Shown in pieces: positions 36,401-47,073 of a DNA stretch of 64,000 nt. The DNA lies in NCBI GenBank assembly GCA_947385775.1, contig CANDMI010000011.1, positions 504 through 64,503 of the forward strand. Direction: 5' to 3'. A program made the position numbers and the translations under genes. Under the pieces are notes generated by a model that ran no database searches, was not told the origin of the DNA, and saw only the letters and a list, made by a program, of their open reading frames with translations. The first letter of the stretch is position 1, and the number at the start of each line of letters is the position of its first letter. This DNA is from an uncultured Eubacterium sp. GTDB lineage: Bacteria; Bacillota; Clostridia; Lachnospirales; Lachnospiraceae.

Positions 36401-38040
36401 TCCCCGATATAAACGCAGGTGGAGGTCACAACCTTTTCCCGGATGGAATCAATCGGCGGGTTGGTCACCTGCGCAAACAGCTGCTTGAAATAATTAAACA
36501 ACGGCTGATGGTCGTCCGCAAGCGCCGCAAGAGGAATATCAATGCCCATAGCGCTCGTGGACTCGCCGCCGTTTAACGCCATCGGCAAAATGACCTCCTT
36601 CATGGATTCGTAGGTATAGCCAAACGCGCGTTGCAGCTTTTGCCGCTCTTCCCCGGTAAATTCCGGGACGCGCTCGTTTGGAATCTTTAAATCATGAAGC
36701 TGCACCATGTTGCGGTCGAGCCATTCCCCATACGGGCGTTTTAAGGCATAGTATTCTTTAATCTCGTCGTCTTCAATAATCCGGCCCTGTAACGTATCCA
36801 CAAGCAGCATTTTCCCTGGGCGCAGGCGGTCTTTTTTGATGATCTTCGTCGGCGGGATATCCAAAACCCCCACCTCCGAGGATAAAATCAACTGCCCGTC
36901 ATCGGTAATATAATACCTGGAAGGGCGCAGCCCGTTTCGGTCCAGCACCGCCCCCATCACATCGCCGTCGGAAAACAGTATGGAAGCCGGGCCGTCCCAT
37001 GGCTCCATCATCGTGGCGTAATACTGGTAAAAATCTTTTTTCTTCTGGGTCATCGTGTCATTGTGCGACCAAGGCTCCGGTATCATGATCATAACCGCAA
37101 GGGGCAACGGCATACCGCTCATAACCAAAAACTCCAGCGTATTGTCCACCTGGGCGGAATCCGAGCCTTCCGCGTTAATAACCGGCAGCACCTTGGAAAG
37201 CTGCTCCCCCAACGCCCCAGAAGCCATATTTTCTTCCCGGCCAAACATCTTATCCACATTCCCCCGGATAGTATTGATCTCCCCGTTATGTACGATAAAC
37301 CGGTTCGGATGCGCCCGTTCCCAGCTTGGGTTTGTATTCGTGGAAAACCTAGAATGCACCGTCGCGATCGCGCTTTCGTAGCTTGGATCTTGAAGATCCG
37401 CAAAAAACAGCCGCAGCTGGTTTACCAAAAACATGCCTTTATATACGATCGTGCGGCTGGACAGGGAGCAGACATAAGTAAAATCGTTGGACTGCTCAAA
37501 CACGCGTCGCACGATATACAGCTTGCGGTCAAAGTCCAGTCCTTTTGCCACATCCTTGGGACGCTTTACAAAGCCCTGCATAATGTAAGGCATACAGTCC
37601 ACCGCCTTTTTCCCAAGCTGCCCTGGGTCGGTCGGAACTTTACGCCAGCCTAAAAACTCCATGCCCTCTTTTTCCACGATGACTTCAAACATTTTCATGG
37701 CCCGCTGGCGTTTAAATTCATCCTGCGGGAAAAAGAACATGCCCACTCCAAACTCACGCTCGCCCCCAAGCTCTATCCCAAGGGACTTACATGCCTGGGA
37801 AAAAAATTTATAGGACACCTGAAGCATGATCCCAACTCCGTCCCCGGTCTTTCCTTCCGCATCCTTTCCTGCCCTGTGCTGTAAGTTTTCTACAATTTTA
37901 AGCGCGTTTTCCACCGTCGCATGGCTGCCCGCGCCTTTTACATTTACAACCGCGCCAATGCCGCAGCTGTCATGCTCAAAGCGGGGATCGTACATGCCAA
38001 GGGGCTTTGCGTTTGCTTCTGTTTGCATATTTATTTTCAT
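33484..38040 (-). CDS. gltB: Glutamate synthase large subunit
   Basis: EHDSCGIG N-terminal nucleophile Cys, HSRFSTNT, MEPWDGPA, AMSYGS, KQVASGRFGV, AQGAKPGEGG, EGVGDHGCEYMTGG. Confidence 0.98.
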   Translation of the reverse strand: MKINMQTEANAKPLGMYDPRFEHDSCGIGAVVNVKGAGSHATVENALKIVENLQHRAGKDAEGKTGDGVGIMLQVSYKFFSQACKSLGIELGGEREFGVGMFFFPQDEFKRQRAMKMFEVIVEKEGMEFLGWRKVPTDPGQLGKKAVDCMPYIMQGFVKRPKDVAKGLDFDRKLYIVRRVFEQSNDFTYVCSLSSRTIVYKGMFLVNQLRLFFADLQDPSYESAIATVHSRFSTNTNPSWERAHPNRFIVHNGEINTIRGNVDKMFGREENMASGALGEQLSKVLPVINAEGSDSAQVDNTLEFLVMSGMPLPLAVMIMIPEPWSHNDTMTQKKKDFYQYYATMMEPWDGPASILFSDGDVMGAVLDRNGLRPSRYYITDDGQLILSSEVGVLDIPPTKIIKKDRLRPGKMLLVDTLQGRIIEDDEIKEYYALKRPYGEWLDRNMVQLHDLKIPNERVPEFTGEERQKLQRAFGYTYESMKEVILPMALNGGESTSAMGIDIPLAALADDHQPLFNYFKQLFAQVTNPPIDSIREKVVTSTCVYIGDDGNLLEERPENCQVLKVNNPILTNTDLMKIRAMKVEGFRVAELSITYYKNTSLEKAVDRLFLEADRAYRDGANILILSDRGVDENHVAIPSLLAVAALHEHLVVTRKRTSLSLILESGEPREVHHFATLLGFGASAINPYLAHETIKELVELRMLNKDYYAAVNDYNQAVISGIVKIASKMGISTIQSYQGSKIFEAIGIDRSVIDKYFTNTVSRIGGITLKDIENDVDHLHSLAYDPLGLEVDESLDSKGRHKMRSGAEQHLYNPATIHMLQKSTRMGDYGLFKKYTEMVNAEEKDAYIRGMFDFQYPKKGVPIEEVESVDSIVTRFKTGAMSYGSISQEAHETLAVAMNMLHGKSNTGEGGESIERLTVGPDGLNKCSAIKQVASGRFGVTSRYLVSAQEIQIKMAQGAKPGEGGHLPGGKVYPWIAKTRLSTPGVSLISPPPHHDIYSIEDLEQLIYDLKNANRAARISVKLVSEAGVGTVAAGVAKAGAQVILISGYDGGTGAAPRSSIHNAGLPWELGLSETHQTLILNGLRNKVRIETDGKLMTGRDVAIAALLGAEEFGFATAPLVTMGCVMMRVCNLDTCPAGIATQNPKLRKRFEGKPEYVVNFMKFIAQDLREIMAKLGARTIDELVGRSDLLRVRADLSERQKEIDLSKILQNPFADSKEKVIFDPKKVYDFHLERTKDEQALLKQLQSALATGAKRSMDVEVSNIDRAFGTIFGSEITRKYPQGLEEDTYIVKCTGAGGQSFGAFIPKGLTLELVGDSNDYFGKGLSGGKLVVYAPAGVRYKKDENIIIGNVALYGATSGKAFISGTAGERFCVRNSGANAVVEGVGDHGCEYMTGGRVVILGRTGKNFAAGMSGGIAYVLDEDNDLYTRLNKGMVSSEEITSKYDVLELKEMIEEHVKLTNSEKGKRILDHFSEYLPKFKKIVPHDYKRMLMAIVQMEEKGLNAEQAQIEAFYANAGR

Positions 38041-38563
38041 AGCTTTTCCTTTCTGTTGTGTCGGTCTGGTTGTGCCTGGTTGTTTTTAACCGGTTGTTTT
38101 AGCCTGGTAATACTATACAACTTTTGTGTGATGAAGTAAATACGGTTTTTTGGCATTATTGTCAGATTGTTTGTGAATTTTATATTTTATAGCAAATTGT
38201 TTTAAAGTTGTTTTTATTTTTTGTTTTTTGTGTCTATTTTAGGATGGTATTTTATTTATTGTATTGAAAAAAATACAATTAAAAGCGTTGGATTTTAGGT
38301 TTGGAATTTGAATTGTGTTTGAATTGTGTCTGTATTATTTATTTCATTTTGTTGATCTGTTTTGGCGTGCAAGGAGATTTTTTTAACTGACCGGCCGCCA
38401 AAATTTTACCAAAAAGCAGATAGTAATGTAGGCGCGTTTATGGTATTATGATAAAAGCACAAACCGGAATCGGATGAGATTTATGGAGATTGGATTTACA
38501 TTTATTTGTTGCATTCAAATAAATGTTTTATAAAAACATATTTAAAGAAAGAGAGGATTTCTT

Positions 38564-40822
38564 ATGGGTATCGTATACCACGAAAAAACAAAAACTTTTC
38601 ATCTGTACAACCGCTCCATGAGCTATATTATGACCGTTATGAGAAACGGGCATCTGGGGCAGCTTTATTGCGGCAAACGTATCCGTGATAAGGAAGATTT
38701 TTCTTATCTTTTAGAAACCTGCGAACGGCCGATGGGCTCTTATGTCTATGATACAGACCGCCTTTTTTCGCTGGATTATTTAAAACAGGAGTTTCCGGTA
38801 TACGGGAGCGGCGATTACCACCATCCTGCCGTGGAAATTTTGCAGGAAAACGGGAGCCGCATTTGTGATTTCCAGTACCAGTCCTTTTCCATCTGCAAGG
38901 GGAAACCGCGCCTTAGCGGGCTTCCTGCGACCTATGTGGAAAATGACGATGAGGCTTTTACGCTTACGATCGAATTAAAAGATGAGCTGACCGGAATCCG
39001 GGCGGAGCTTTTTTATACGATATTTACCTGGTGCAGCGCGTTAGCAAAAAGCGTGCGCCTTACGAACGAAAGCAGCAAGGCCGTGCACATCAGCCGTCTT
39101 ATGAGCTTATGCCTGGACTTGCCGGATTCGGATTATGAATGGGTTCAGCTTTCCGGTTGCTGGGCAAGGGAACGCCATGTAAAGGTAAGAAAGCTTACAT
39201 ATGGGATTACGGCGGTGGAAAGCATGCGCGGGCATTCCTCCCATGAGCACAACCCGTTTATCGCGTTAAAAAGGCGCGGCACGGATGAACGAAAGGGGGA
39301 GGCGCTCGGTTTTTCCTTTATTTACAGCGGCAATTTCCTGATGCAGTCCGAAGTTGACGCGCACGACGTAACAAGGACGCTTGTAGGCATCCATCCAGAC
39401 TGCTTTGACTGGAAGCTGGACGCTGGCGAAAGCTTCCAGGCGCCTGAGGCTGTGTTAGTCTATTCCGACCAGGGGCTAAACGGCATGAGCCAGGTTTTTC
39501 ATTCCCTTTACCAAACAAGGCTTGCAAGAGGATACTGGCGGGATAAGGAGCGGCCGATTTTAATCAACAACTGGGAAGCGACGTATTTTAATTTTACGCA
39601 GGAACGCCTTGTTTCGATCGCAAAAAAAGCCAAAGAATGCGGCGTAGAGCTGTTTGTGCTGGACGACGGCTGGTTTGGCAAGCGAAACAGCGACCGCGCG
39701 GGGCTGGGCGACTGGGTCGCAAATCCGAAGCGGCTTTCAAAGGGCATCACAGGGCTTGCGGAAAGCATTGAAAATTTGGGCATGAAATTTGGGCTTTGGT
39801 TTGAACCAGAGATGGTAAACAAGGATTCGGATTTATACCGGGCGCATCCAGACTGGATTTTATCGACTCCTAGACGCAGGGAATCTCAGGGGCGTTACCA
39901 GTATGTGCTGGATTTTTCCAGAAAAGAGGTCGTAGACTGCATTTATGAAATGATGGCAAAAATACTTAGCGAGGCAAAGGTTTCCTATATTAAATGGGAC
40001 ATGAACCGCAGCATTACAGAATGCTATTCCATCGCGCTGCCAAAAGAAAGACAGGGCGAGGTTTTTCATCGTTATATCCTTGGGGTTTATGATCTGTACG
40101 AACGGCTGACTTTAAAATTCCCACATGTGCTGTTTGAATCCTGCGCAAGCGGGGGCGGACGTTTTGACCCTGGCATGCTTTATTACGCGCCGCAGGGATG
40201 GGCAAGCGACAATTCAGACGCAGCGTCCCGTATGGAAATACAGTACGGCACGTCGTTTTGCTATCCGATCAGCAGCATCGGCAGCCATGTTTCCGCCGTT
40301 CCAAACCACCAGGTATTTCGCACCACGCCGTTACATACCAGGGCGAACGTGGCATATTTTGGAACCTTCGGCTATGAGCTGGATTTAAACAAGCTTTCTA
40401 ATGAAGAGCTTTCTAAGGTAAAAGACCAGATCGCGTTTATGAAGCAATACCGAAGCGTGCTGCAATTCGGGACATTTTACCGCCTCTTAAGCCCGTTTGA
40501 AGGAAACGTCACCTGCTGGATGTCCGTCAGCAAGGATCAAAAGACCGCGATTGTTGGATACTATCGTATGTTAAACGTCGCGAACGCTTCCTATACAAGG
40601 GTTCGCTTAGAAGGGCTTGCGCCAGACCTTTGCTATTTCAATGAGCAAAGCAAAACCTGGCATTACGGAGATGAGCTGATGCATCTTGGGCTGATCACGA
40701 CTGACGCGACCGCGGGACAGGTTCCTGACGGCGTGATCGCCTGCACAGACTTTGAATCCAGGATTTATGTCTTAAAAGCCACAGACGCTATCGAAGGGGG
40801 AAATGAGCATGAAGGGGCATAA
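38564..40822 (+). CDS. Alpha-galactosidase, GH36
   Basis: INNWEATYF, LFVLDDGWFG, FGLWFEPEM, YIKWDMNR, ESCASGGGRFD, WASDNSD. Confidence 0.96.
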   Translation: MGIVYHEKTKTFHLYNRSMSYIMTVMRNGHLGQLYCGKRIRDKEDFSYLLETCERPMGSYVYDTDRLFSLDYLKQEFPVYGSGDYHHPAVEILQENGSRICDFQYQSFSICKGKPRLSGLPATYVENDDEAFTLTIELKDELTGIRAELFYTIFTWCSALAKSVRLTNESSKAVHISRLMSLCLDLPDSDYEWVQLSGCWARERHVKVRKLTYGITAVESMRGHSSHEHNPFIALKRRGTDERKGEALGFSFIYSGNFLMQSEVDAHDVTRTLVGIHPDCFDWKLDAGESFQAPEAVLVYSDQGLNGMSQVFHSLYQTRLARGYWRDKERPILINNWEATYFNFTQERLVSIAKKAKECGVELFVLDDGWFGKRNSDRAGLGDWVANPKRLSKGITGLAESIENLGMKFGLWFEPEMVNKDSDLYRAHPDWILSTPRRRESQGRYQYVLDFSRKEVVDCIYEMMAKILSEAKVSYIKWDMNRSITECYSIALPKERQGEVFHRYILGVYDLYERLTLKFPHVLFESCASGGGRFDPGMLYYAPQGWASDNSDAASRMEIQYGTSFCYPISSIGSHVSAVPNHQVFRTTPLHTRANVAYFGTFGYELDLNKLSNEELSKVKDQIAFMKQYRSVLQFGTFYRLLSPFEGNVTCWMSVSKDQKTAIVGYYRMLNVANASYTRVRLEGLAPDLCYFNEQSKTWHYGDELMHLGLITTDATAGQVPDGVIACTDFESRIYVLKATDAIEGGNEHEGA

Positions 40823-41450
40823 CACAAACGCTTCCACAATACTTATGATGTTTGTCGGCATCCTTTTTATCGGCCTTGGCGTAGCGTCCTACCGCATGAG
40901 CGGCTTTGGGACAGACCCGTTTACCTGCATGAATTTAGGCATAAGCGGCTTTTTATCCATGACCTTTGGCACATGGCAATTGATCATGAACGCGTTTATT
41001 TTCGTGATCGTGCTTTTTACGGTAAGGCATTGCATCGGGCTTGGGACGATCGTAAATATGGTCGGCGTTGGATATGTGGCGGATTTTCTGTGCTGGCTCT
41101 TAACCGAACAGCTGTCGCTTACGGTAACGATGCCGCTTCGCATTGTCTTTCTGGCGCTTGGAACTTTACTTTGCTCCTTTGGATGCGCGCTTTATATGGT
41201 AGCGGATCTTGGGATCGCGCCTTATGACAGCGTGGCGTTTATCATTACAAAATATACGCGTGAAAAGGTTTCGTTTCGCGTGGCGCGCGTAATGTCGGAC
41301 GTATGCGTGATGGTCGTTGGCGTGGCATTTTGCCTGATGGCGAAAAACAGCCTGTGGGAGATCATTGGCATCGGCACGGTCGTAAACGCCCTTTGCAACG
41401 GCCCGCTGATCCAGTTTTTCAGGGGAAAAATCGAAAACGCCGCAAAATGA
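40803..41450 (+). CDS. YczE/YitT-like membrane protein
   Basis: FGTDPF, LGTIVN, LGIAPYD, IGIGT duplicated TM pattern. Confidence 0.85.
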   Translation: MSMKGHNTNASTILMMFVGILFIGLGVASYRMSGFGTDPFTCMNLGISGFLSMTFGTWQLIMNAFIFVIVLFTVRHCIGLGTIVNMVGVGYVADFLCWLLTEQLSLTVTMPLRIVFLALGTLLCSFGCALYMVADLGIAPYDSVAFIITKYTREKVSFRVARVMSDVCVMVVGVAFCLMAKNSLWEIIGIGTVVNALCNGPLIQFFRGKIENAAK

Positions 41451-41574
41451 TCAGATTCTCTATTTTTACAATTTTATCATTTTATTTTAACCGGACGCTT
41501 GTGGAGGGGATTGGAGCCGGAATCTAGGCCCGTTCCCCGTCCCCCGCGTCCGGCTTTCGCTAAAACAGCCGACC

Positions 41575-43083
41575 TTATTCTAAAGCATCCGCTTCATCTA
41601 GCCGAAGCTCATATTTCACCACATCCATATTCACAACCCCATCCGCAAAAAACGAAACCCCGTCCGCCTCCTGCTGCGTGTAAATCGTCGCCGACAACAC
41701 CTGCTCCCCGTCATTGACAAACACCTCCACGCTAAAGCGGTCTAATATAATTCGAAGCTTCAGCTCATTTTCAACCATCCTTACTAAACTGCGCCGCTGA
41801 TGGATGCTCGCTCTTCTGGAGCCTGCGAATTTCCGGTCGATTTTTAAGATGGACTCCCTTGGGCGGAAGCTTAAAGCGGTATAATACCGTTCGTTTTGCG
41901 CAAACCGGACTGCGAATTTCTGGTACAGCTCCTTTGGATTGCCCGGGCGTATGGTCAGTTCCATATCCAGCTTCCTTCCCTTAATTCCATCCAGCCAGAT
42001 CGTATCCGCTACCGTCACTCCCGTATATTCCACTTTGTCGCGCCGCATTTTTTCAAGCTCCCGTATCGGTGCCTGGAACAGCCGCCCGCCCTTTATGGAC
42101 AGCTCCCTTGGCAGGCTCATCTGCCCGAACCATTTTTCCTTTGGCGAACGGATACCGCAGGAATCCCAGTTTTGCATCCAGCCGATCATCACCCGCCGCC
42201 CGTCCGGCGTTAACACCGTCTGCGGCGCGTAAAAGTCAATGCCGTAATCCACCGACTGGTTGTGCGTCTCCCGAAAAAAGCCTGTTTTTTCATCAAATTC
42301 CCCAAGCAGGCAAAGGGTGCCGTTTCCGTTGTGATACTCAAACCCTTCCGGCAGCATATCCTGCGGGCTGGTCAGCAATACCCATGTCCCGTCCAGCTCA
42401 AACAGGTCCGGGCACTCCCACATTTTTCCAAACCGGTTAAAATTCGAAGCCAGTATGCTCTTAAAATTCCAATGAAATCCGTCCTCGCTGGTATAATATA
42501 AAATCTGCCCGCTTCCGTCCGCCGCACGGTTTCCAATCACGCAGCCATACGTCCCATCCGCTCTTTTCCACATCTTAGGGTCCCGAAAATCCGCTACGCT
42601 GCCCCCTTTTGGCAGATCGTTTGCATCCAAGACCGGGTTTTGTGCGTATTTTTCGTAATCAATCCCGTCCCCTATTGCAAGGCATTGGGTCTGCACCTCC
42701 CGATGCTCCCCTTGCCGCAAACGTTCCCTGGAAACGCCTGTATACATCAAAAGCTGCCGCCCGTCCGAAAGCTCCACCGCGCTTCCGGAAAAGCATCCGT
42801 CCATATCGTAAAGCTCATCCGGAGCCAACGCCGCCGGCAAATAATCCCAGCGCAAAAGATCCTCGCTCACCGCGTGTCCCCAGTGCATCGGCCCCCATTT
42901 CGATTCGTACGGATAATATTGATAAAACATATGGTACCTTCCCTGGTACCAGGAAAACCCGTTCGGGTCATTCATCCAGCCCGTTCTTGTAGATAAATGA
43001 AACGCCGGACGCTCTTCCTTTTTGATCCTTTTCTCGCAAGCTTCCTCATATTTCCTCGCTTCGCGTAATGTCTGGCTTGTCAT
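41575..43083 (-). CDS. GH32 beta-fructofuranosidase/sucrose-6-phosphate hydrolase
   Basis: WMNDPNG, WGPMHWGHA, FSGSA, FRDP, WECPD. Confidence 0.96.
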   Translation of the reverse strand: MTSQTLREARKYEEACEKRIKKEERPAFHLSTRTGWMNDPNGFSWYQGRYHMFYQYYPYESKWGPMHWGHAVSEDLLRWDYLPAALAPDELYDMDGCFSGSAVELSDGRQLLMYTGVSRERLRQGEHREVQTQCLAIGDGIDYEKYAQNPVLDANDLPKGGSVADFRDPKMWKRADGTYGCVIGNRAADGSGQILYYTSEDGFHWNFKSILASNFNRFGKMWECPDLFELDGTWVLLTSPQDMLPEGFEYHNGNGTLCLLGEFDEKTGFFRETHNQSVDYGIDFYAPQTVLTPDGRRVMIGWMQNWDSCGIRSPKEKWFGQMSLPRELSIKGGRLFQAPIRELEKMRRDKVEYTGVTVADTIWLDGIKGRKLDMELTIRPGNPKELYQKFAVRFAQNERYYTALSFRPRESILKIDRKFAGSRRASIHQRRSLVRMVENELKLRIILDRFSVEVFVNDGEQVLSATIYTQQEADGVSFFADGVVNMDVVKYELRLDEADALE

Positions 43084-43112
43084 AAAATATCCTTTCCTTC
43101 CAAAATAAGACT

Positions 43113-44780
43113 TTACTCCGCCTTCGCCTTCAAGTACCGCTCATACGCGTCCTGATACACTTTGCGCAGCTCATCCATCCCGCAGGCATCCTTGAGCTTT
43201 TTCAAATACGCCTCCCATTTTTCATCCGAAGGCCCGCCTTCCTTTATCCAAAGGCCCTCCTGCTCGGACACCGCGTTTTCAAAATCCGTCTTATAGCGGT
43301 CGATCACATCTAACTCATCCTCCGTAAACACACAGTCCGTCGGATAAGCCGCCGTCTCCTCCACAAAAGGCATCCATGTTTCGTATAAATCCGTCAGCCG
43401 GATCACCGCCGCATCCTCCAGCGCAAACGTAGAGCCGTAATAATCACTTAAAATCAGCTTCGGCCCGTAAACTTCATTCACGCCCTTAAGCTCCGCCACG
43501 CTTTTTCCAAATTTTTCCTGGGCGTCCTCTTCCGTAATGCTCTGCCATACCCCGTCCTTGTCCTGTCCGGTAAAATAAGTCCCGATCGGCCCGTATTGCA
43601 GCTGCATGACATTTTCCGGGTCGTACCACTGGTCAAAAAACTTAAGCAAATTCGCCGGGCTTTTACATGCGCTTGTAATGCTTAAATTCCCGCAGCTAAG
43701 CGGCGGCGCGGAACGAAGCGTCACGTTATGGGTTCCATCCGGGCCGTCCAGAACCGGAAGGTACACATAATCATCCTTATGCTCTCCCCATAAATCAAAC
43801 CACCACCAGGTTCCCACGCCGACTTTCCCCTGCTGGCATTTTGCCATATACTGCTTGTCGTCCTGGCTGAACATCTCCACATCCATCAGCCCTTCGTCAT
43901 ACCAGTCGTGGAAATAGGTCAAAGCGTCCCGGTATTTTTCATCCGCGCATACAAAATCCACGCTTCCGTCCGGTTTGAGCTGTAAATCGTTGATCACGTC
44001 ATTCGGCCAGTTGGTAAAGCCAAATCCCGCGTAAAATATATTCTGCCCCCAGCACCACTGGTCAAAGCCGGTGCTCATTGGGATTGTGCTGCCCTTTTCA
44101 TTTCCATAGTAGGTAGCCATATCGTGTTCCTCAAACGCCTCCAGCGCCTTTCGCAGCTCGTCTAACGTCGTCGGAACTTCCATATCAAGCTCATCCAGCC
44201 ACGCTTTGTTGATCATCGCAAACTGCGGGAACTGGTAAATATTATAATCCTCCTTTGCCCCGATGCCTGCGGTGCCCATGCGTTCTCCGGAAGGAAGCCC
44301 GTAAATGCCGCCGTCGCTCATCGTGATCGCGCTTTTAATATCCGGGTTTTCCTCCAGTATTTTCGTAAGGTTTGGCATATACTTTTCCGTAAGGTACGGG
44401 CTTAAATCGATAAACGCCCCGTCGCTTCCATAGGTCGTAATATCATAATTGCTGAACCCCACCGCCATAAACGCATCCGGGAGCTGCCGCCCGGCGATAC
44501 GGATATTGACCTGCTCCGCCAAAGAATCGCTCATAACGTTCCAGTTCACCGAAATGCCCGCGTCCTTTTGCATCTGGTTTAGGACTTCGTTATCCTCATA
44601 CCCCGAACTCAACGCGCTGATCCCGCCCATAATCGTAAATTCCGTCTGGGAGGTGTCCGTATTGACAACTCCCGGCTCATAGTAGTTTTCCACTTTATTG
44701 CCGCAGGCGGAAGCGGATACCGCCACTCCCGCGGCCAACATCCCGCAGACCGCCTTTTTTAACCTCTTCAAATCCCTCAT
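43113..44780 (-). CDS. Carbohydrate ABC transporter substrate-binding lipoprotein
   Basis: Lipobox ASAC; INKAWLDEL..EVPTTLDEL LplA-type motif. Confidence 0.92.
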   Translation of the reverse strand: MRDLKRLKKAVCGMLAAGVAVSASACGNKVENYYEPGVVNTDTSQTEFTIMGGISALSSGYEDNEVLNQMQKDAGISVNWNVMSDSLAEQVNIRIAGRQLPDAFMAVGFSNYDITTYGSDGAFIDLSPYLTEKYMPNLTKILEENPDIKSAITMSDGGIYGLPSGERMGTAGIGAKEDYNIYQFPQFAMINKAWLDELDMEVPTTLDELRKALEAFEEHDMATYYGNEKGSTIPMSTGFDQWCWGQNIFYAGFGFTNWPNDVINDLQLKPDGSVDFVCADEKYRDALTYFHDWYDEGLMDVEMFSQDDKQYMAKCQQGKVGVGTWWWFDLWGEHKDDYVYLPVLDGPDGTHNVTLRSAPPLSCGNLSITSACKSPANLLKFFDQWYDPENVMQLQYGPIGTYFTGQDKDGVWQSITEEDAQEKFGKSVAELKGVNEVYGPKLILSDYYGSTFALEDAAVIRLTDLYETWMPFVEETAAYPTDCVFTEDELDVIDRYKTDFENAVSEQEGLWIKEGGPSDEKWEAYLKKLKDACGMDELRKVYQDAYERYLKAKAE

Positions 44781-44796
44781 CTCCTTTTCCGGCTCC

Positions 44797-45702
44797 TTAA
44801 CCTTTGACTGCGCCAGCCATCATGCCTTTTTCAAAATACTTCTGGACAAACGGATAAATGATCAGCATCGGCAGCGCCGCCACGATGACAGACGAAAATT
44901 TGATCATCTCCGTCAGCTTGCTAAGCTCCGCATAACCGCCCGAGATCATTCCGGCCTGGCTTGCGCTTGCCGAGCTTTTGATCAAAATATTGCGAAGCAC
45001 TAAAGGAAGCGGCGCGTTTTCCTTCCCCGGCAGATAGATCAACGCCGTAAACCAGTCATTCCAGTACGCAACCATGCTAAACACCACCATAACCGCCATA
45101 ATCGATTTGCTAAGCGGCACAACGATCTTAATAAACGTCGTCCACTTCGAGCAGCCGTCGATTTCCGCGGCTTCGATCATTTCTTTTGGGATGCTGTGCT
45201 CAAAAAAGTTGCGCACGATGATCATATTGCTGACCCCAACGCCGCCTGGAATGAACATCGCCCAGATCGTGTCAATTAAGCCCGTATCCCGGACTACCAG
45301 ATAGGTAGGCATCAGCCCGCCGCCAAAATACATCGTGATGATGAAAAATATGCTTAAAAATTTCCGCCCCGGCAGGCTTTTTACGCTAAGCGGGTAGGCC
45401 GACAGATAGATCATCAATACGGAAAACACCGTCCCCACCACCGTATATTTTACACTGTTTAAAAATCCGGTAATAATGCTCTTATCTGCAAACACCGCCT
45501 TATAGCCGTCTAACGTAAAGCCGCTTGGAAGTAAAAACGTCTTCCCTGCATACACGTCATAAGGATTGGAAACGGAAGCCACCAGCACATAATAAAGCGG
45601 GTATGCCACCAAAAATACAATAAAAAGGCAGATTGCCACCAGTATGATATCACTGGTCCGCTCCGACAGGCCGTGCAGCTGCCCCTGCTTTTTCTTTCCC
45701 AT
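44797..45702 (-). CDS. Carbohydrate ABC transporter permease
   Basis: MYFGGGLMPTY, EAAEIDG EAA motif, YPFVQKYF. Confidence 0.95.
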   Translation of the reverse strand: MGKKKQGQLHGLSERTSDIILVAICLFIVFLVAYPLYYVLVASVSNPYDVYAGKTFLLPSGFTLDGYKAVFADKSIITGFLNSVKYTVVGTVFSVLMIYLSAYPLSVKSLPGRKFLSIFFIITMYFGGGLMPTYLVVRDTGLIDTIWAMFIPGGVGVSNMIIVRNFFEHSIPKEMIEAAEIDGCSKWTTFIKIVVPLSKSIMAVMVVFSMVAYWNDWFTALIYLPGKENAPLPLVLRNILIKSSASASQAGMISGGYAELSKLTEMIKFSSVIVAALPMLIIYPFVQKYFEKGMMAGAVKG

Positions 45703-45712
45703 ACCGCACCTC

Positions 45713-46648
45713 CTATACAAAACTTACGTTGTCTGAAATCTTTTTCGTGATCTGGTTTACGATAATCAAAAGCAGCACATTGACCACTGTATTAAACAGG
45801 CCCACCGCCGTAGAATAGCTGTATTTCGCATGTTCAATACCCTGCTGGTACACGTAAACCGCGATCACATCGCTGGTTGCTTTATTTAAATCCGTCTGGA
45901 GCAGGAAAACCTTTTCAAACCCCACATTCATCAGGTTTCCGGCGCTCATAATAAGCATCAGCACAATCTGCGGCACCAGCTCCGGTAGGTCGATATGGCG
46001 GATACGCTGAAACATGGATGCGCCGTCAATTTTTGCCGCCTCGTACTGGGATACGTCGATATTGGCAAGGGAAGCCATATAAACGATGATCCCCCACCCG
46101 GCATCCTGCCAGATACCGGAAGCGATGTAAATCGTCCGAAACGCCGAAGCTTCCGACAAAAAGTCCACTCCCGTGCCCGCGATTAGATTAATCAGTCCGC
46201 CGGACGGGCTTAGGAAAATACGAAGCATACCGCATACAACCATAATGGAAATAAAATGCGGCGCGTATAAAATGGTCTGCACCGTCCTTTTAAATTTTTG
46301 AAACCGAAGCTGATTAATGGCAAGCGCCAGTATAATCGGAATCGGGAAGCTCCATAACAGGCTGTACAGGCTTAACAATACGGTATTTTTGATCATCCGC
46401 ATACAGTTTGGCGAGCTGAAAAACCGCACAAACCATTTAAGCCCTACCCATTCACTGTCCCACATTCCGCGTATGGATTTGTAATCGCGGAACGCGATCT
46501 GGATGCCGTACATCGGTATGTACTTATATATAATGGTCAGCACAACCGGAATCAACAGCATCAGGTACAACTGCCAGCAGTCACCCATACGCGCAAAAAC
46601 GGATCTCTGTTTGTATGGCGCCGGTGGTTTTTTTGGATTTGACATCAT
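45713..46648 (-). CDS. Carbohydrate ABC transporter permease (LplB-like)
   Basis: YIPMYGIQIAF, PHFIS, YEAAKIDGAS, GFEKVFLLQ. Confidence 0.95.
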   Translation of the reverse strand: MMSNPKKPPAPYKQRSVFARMGDCWQLYLMLLIPVVLTIIYKYIPMYGIQIAFRDYKSIRGMWDSEWVGLKWFVRFFSSPNCMRMIKNTVLLSLYSLLWSFPIPIILALAINQLRFQKFKRTVQTILYAPHFISIMVVCGMLRIFLSPSGGLINLIAGTGVDFLSEASAFRTIYIASGIWQDAGWGIIVYMASLANIDVSQYEAAKIDGASMFQRIRHIDLPELVPQIVLMLIMSAGNLMNVGFEKVFLLQTDLNKATSDVIAVYVYQQGIEHAKYSYSTAVGLFNTVVNVLLLIIVNQITKKISDNVSFV

Positions 46649-46663
46649 AACCTCTCCTTCCTT

Positions 46664-46802
46664 TTTTATACCGGAAGCTTATCGCTTTGCTTTTCCGGTA
46701 TACTCCTGCTTTCACGTTTCGCCTTGGCTTATTTTATACGGAAAGCTTCGCGCTTTGCTTTTCCGGTATATCCCTGCTTTCATGGTTTTCCGCCTTGGCT
46801 TA
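46664..46802 (-). repeat. Two tandem imperfect ~70-bp repeats, each with a TATACCGGAA...TTCCGGTATA hairpin, in the permease leader
   Basis: Unit 1 46664-46731, unit 2 46732-46802; shared GCTTTGCTTTTCCGGTATA, CCTGCTTTCA and CGCCTTGGCTTA blocks. Confidence 0.85.
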
Positions 46803-47073
46803 TATTATAGTTATCTCCGGCTGCGTCTGTATTGCATCTGTTTTTGCGGTTTTACATGTGGCGAGCCTGCTTGCCCTTACGCTTGCACCACATCCGCTTA
46901 TACTCACGAGCATACTTATTTGCCAAATGATTTGCTTCTTCTGTTGAAATGCCGATACTCCGCTGGCAAATCATTTCGCTCACGGGTATATATTGTGTGT
47001 ACGTTTCACACAAATCACGTTTGATATACATACAAATACACATGAACACACACCTATAAATAACTATAATATC

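Noticed and set aside
38157-38180. CodY or GlnR/TnrA box upstream of gltB
   Set aside because: Five mismatches to AATTTTCWGAAAATT and the second half-site of TGTNA-N7-TNACA is missing.
46664-46802. CRISPR array
   Set aside because: Only two abutting units, no unique spacers, no cas genes in the window.
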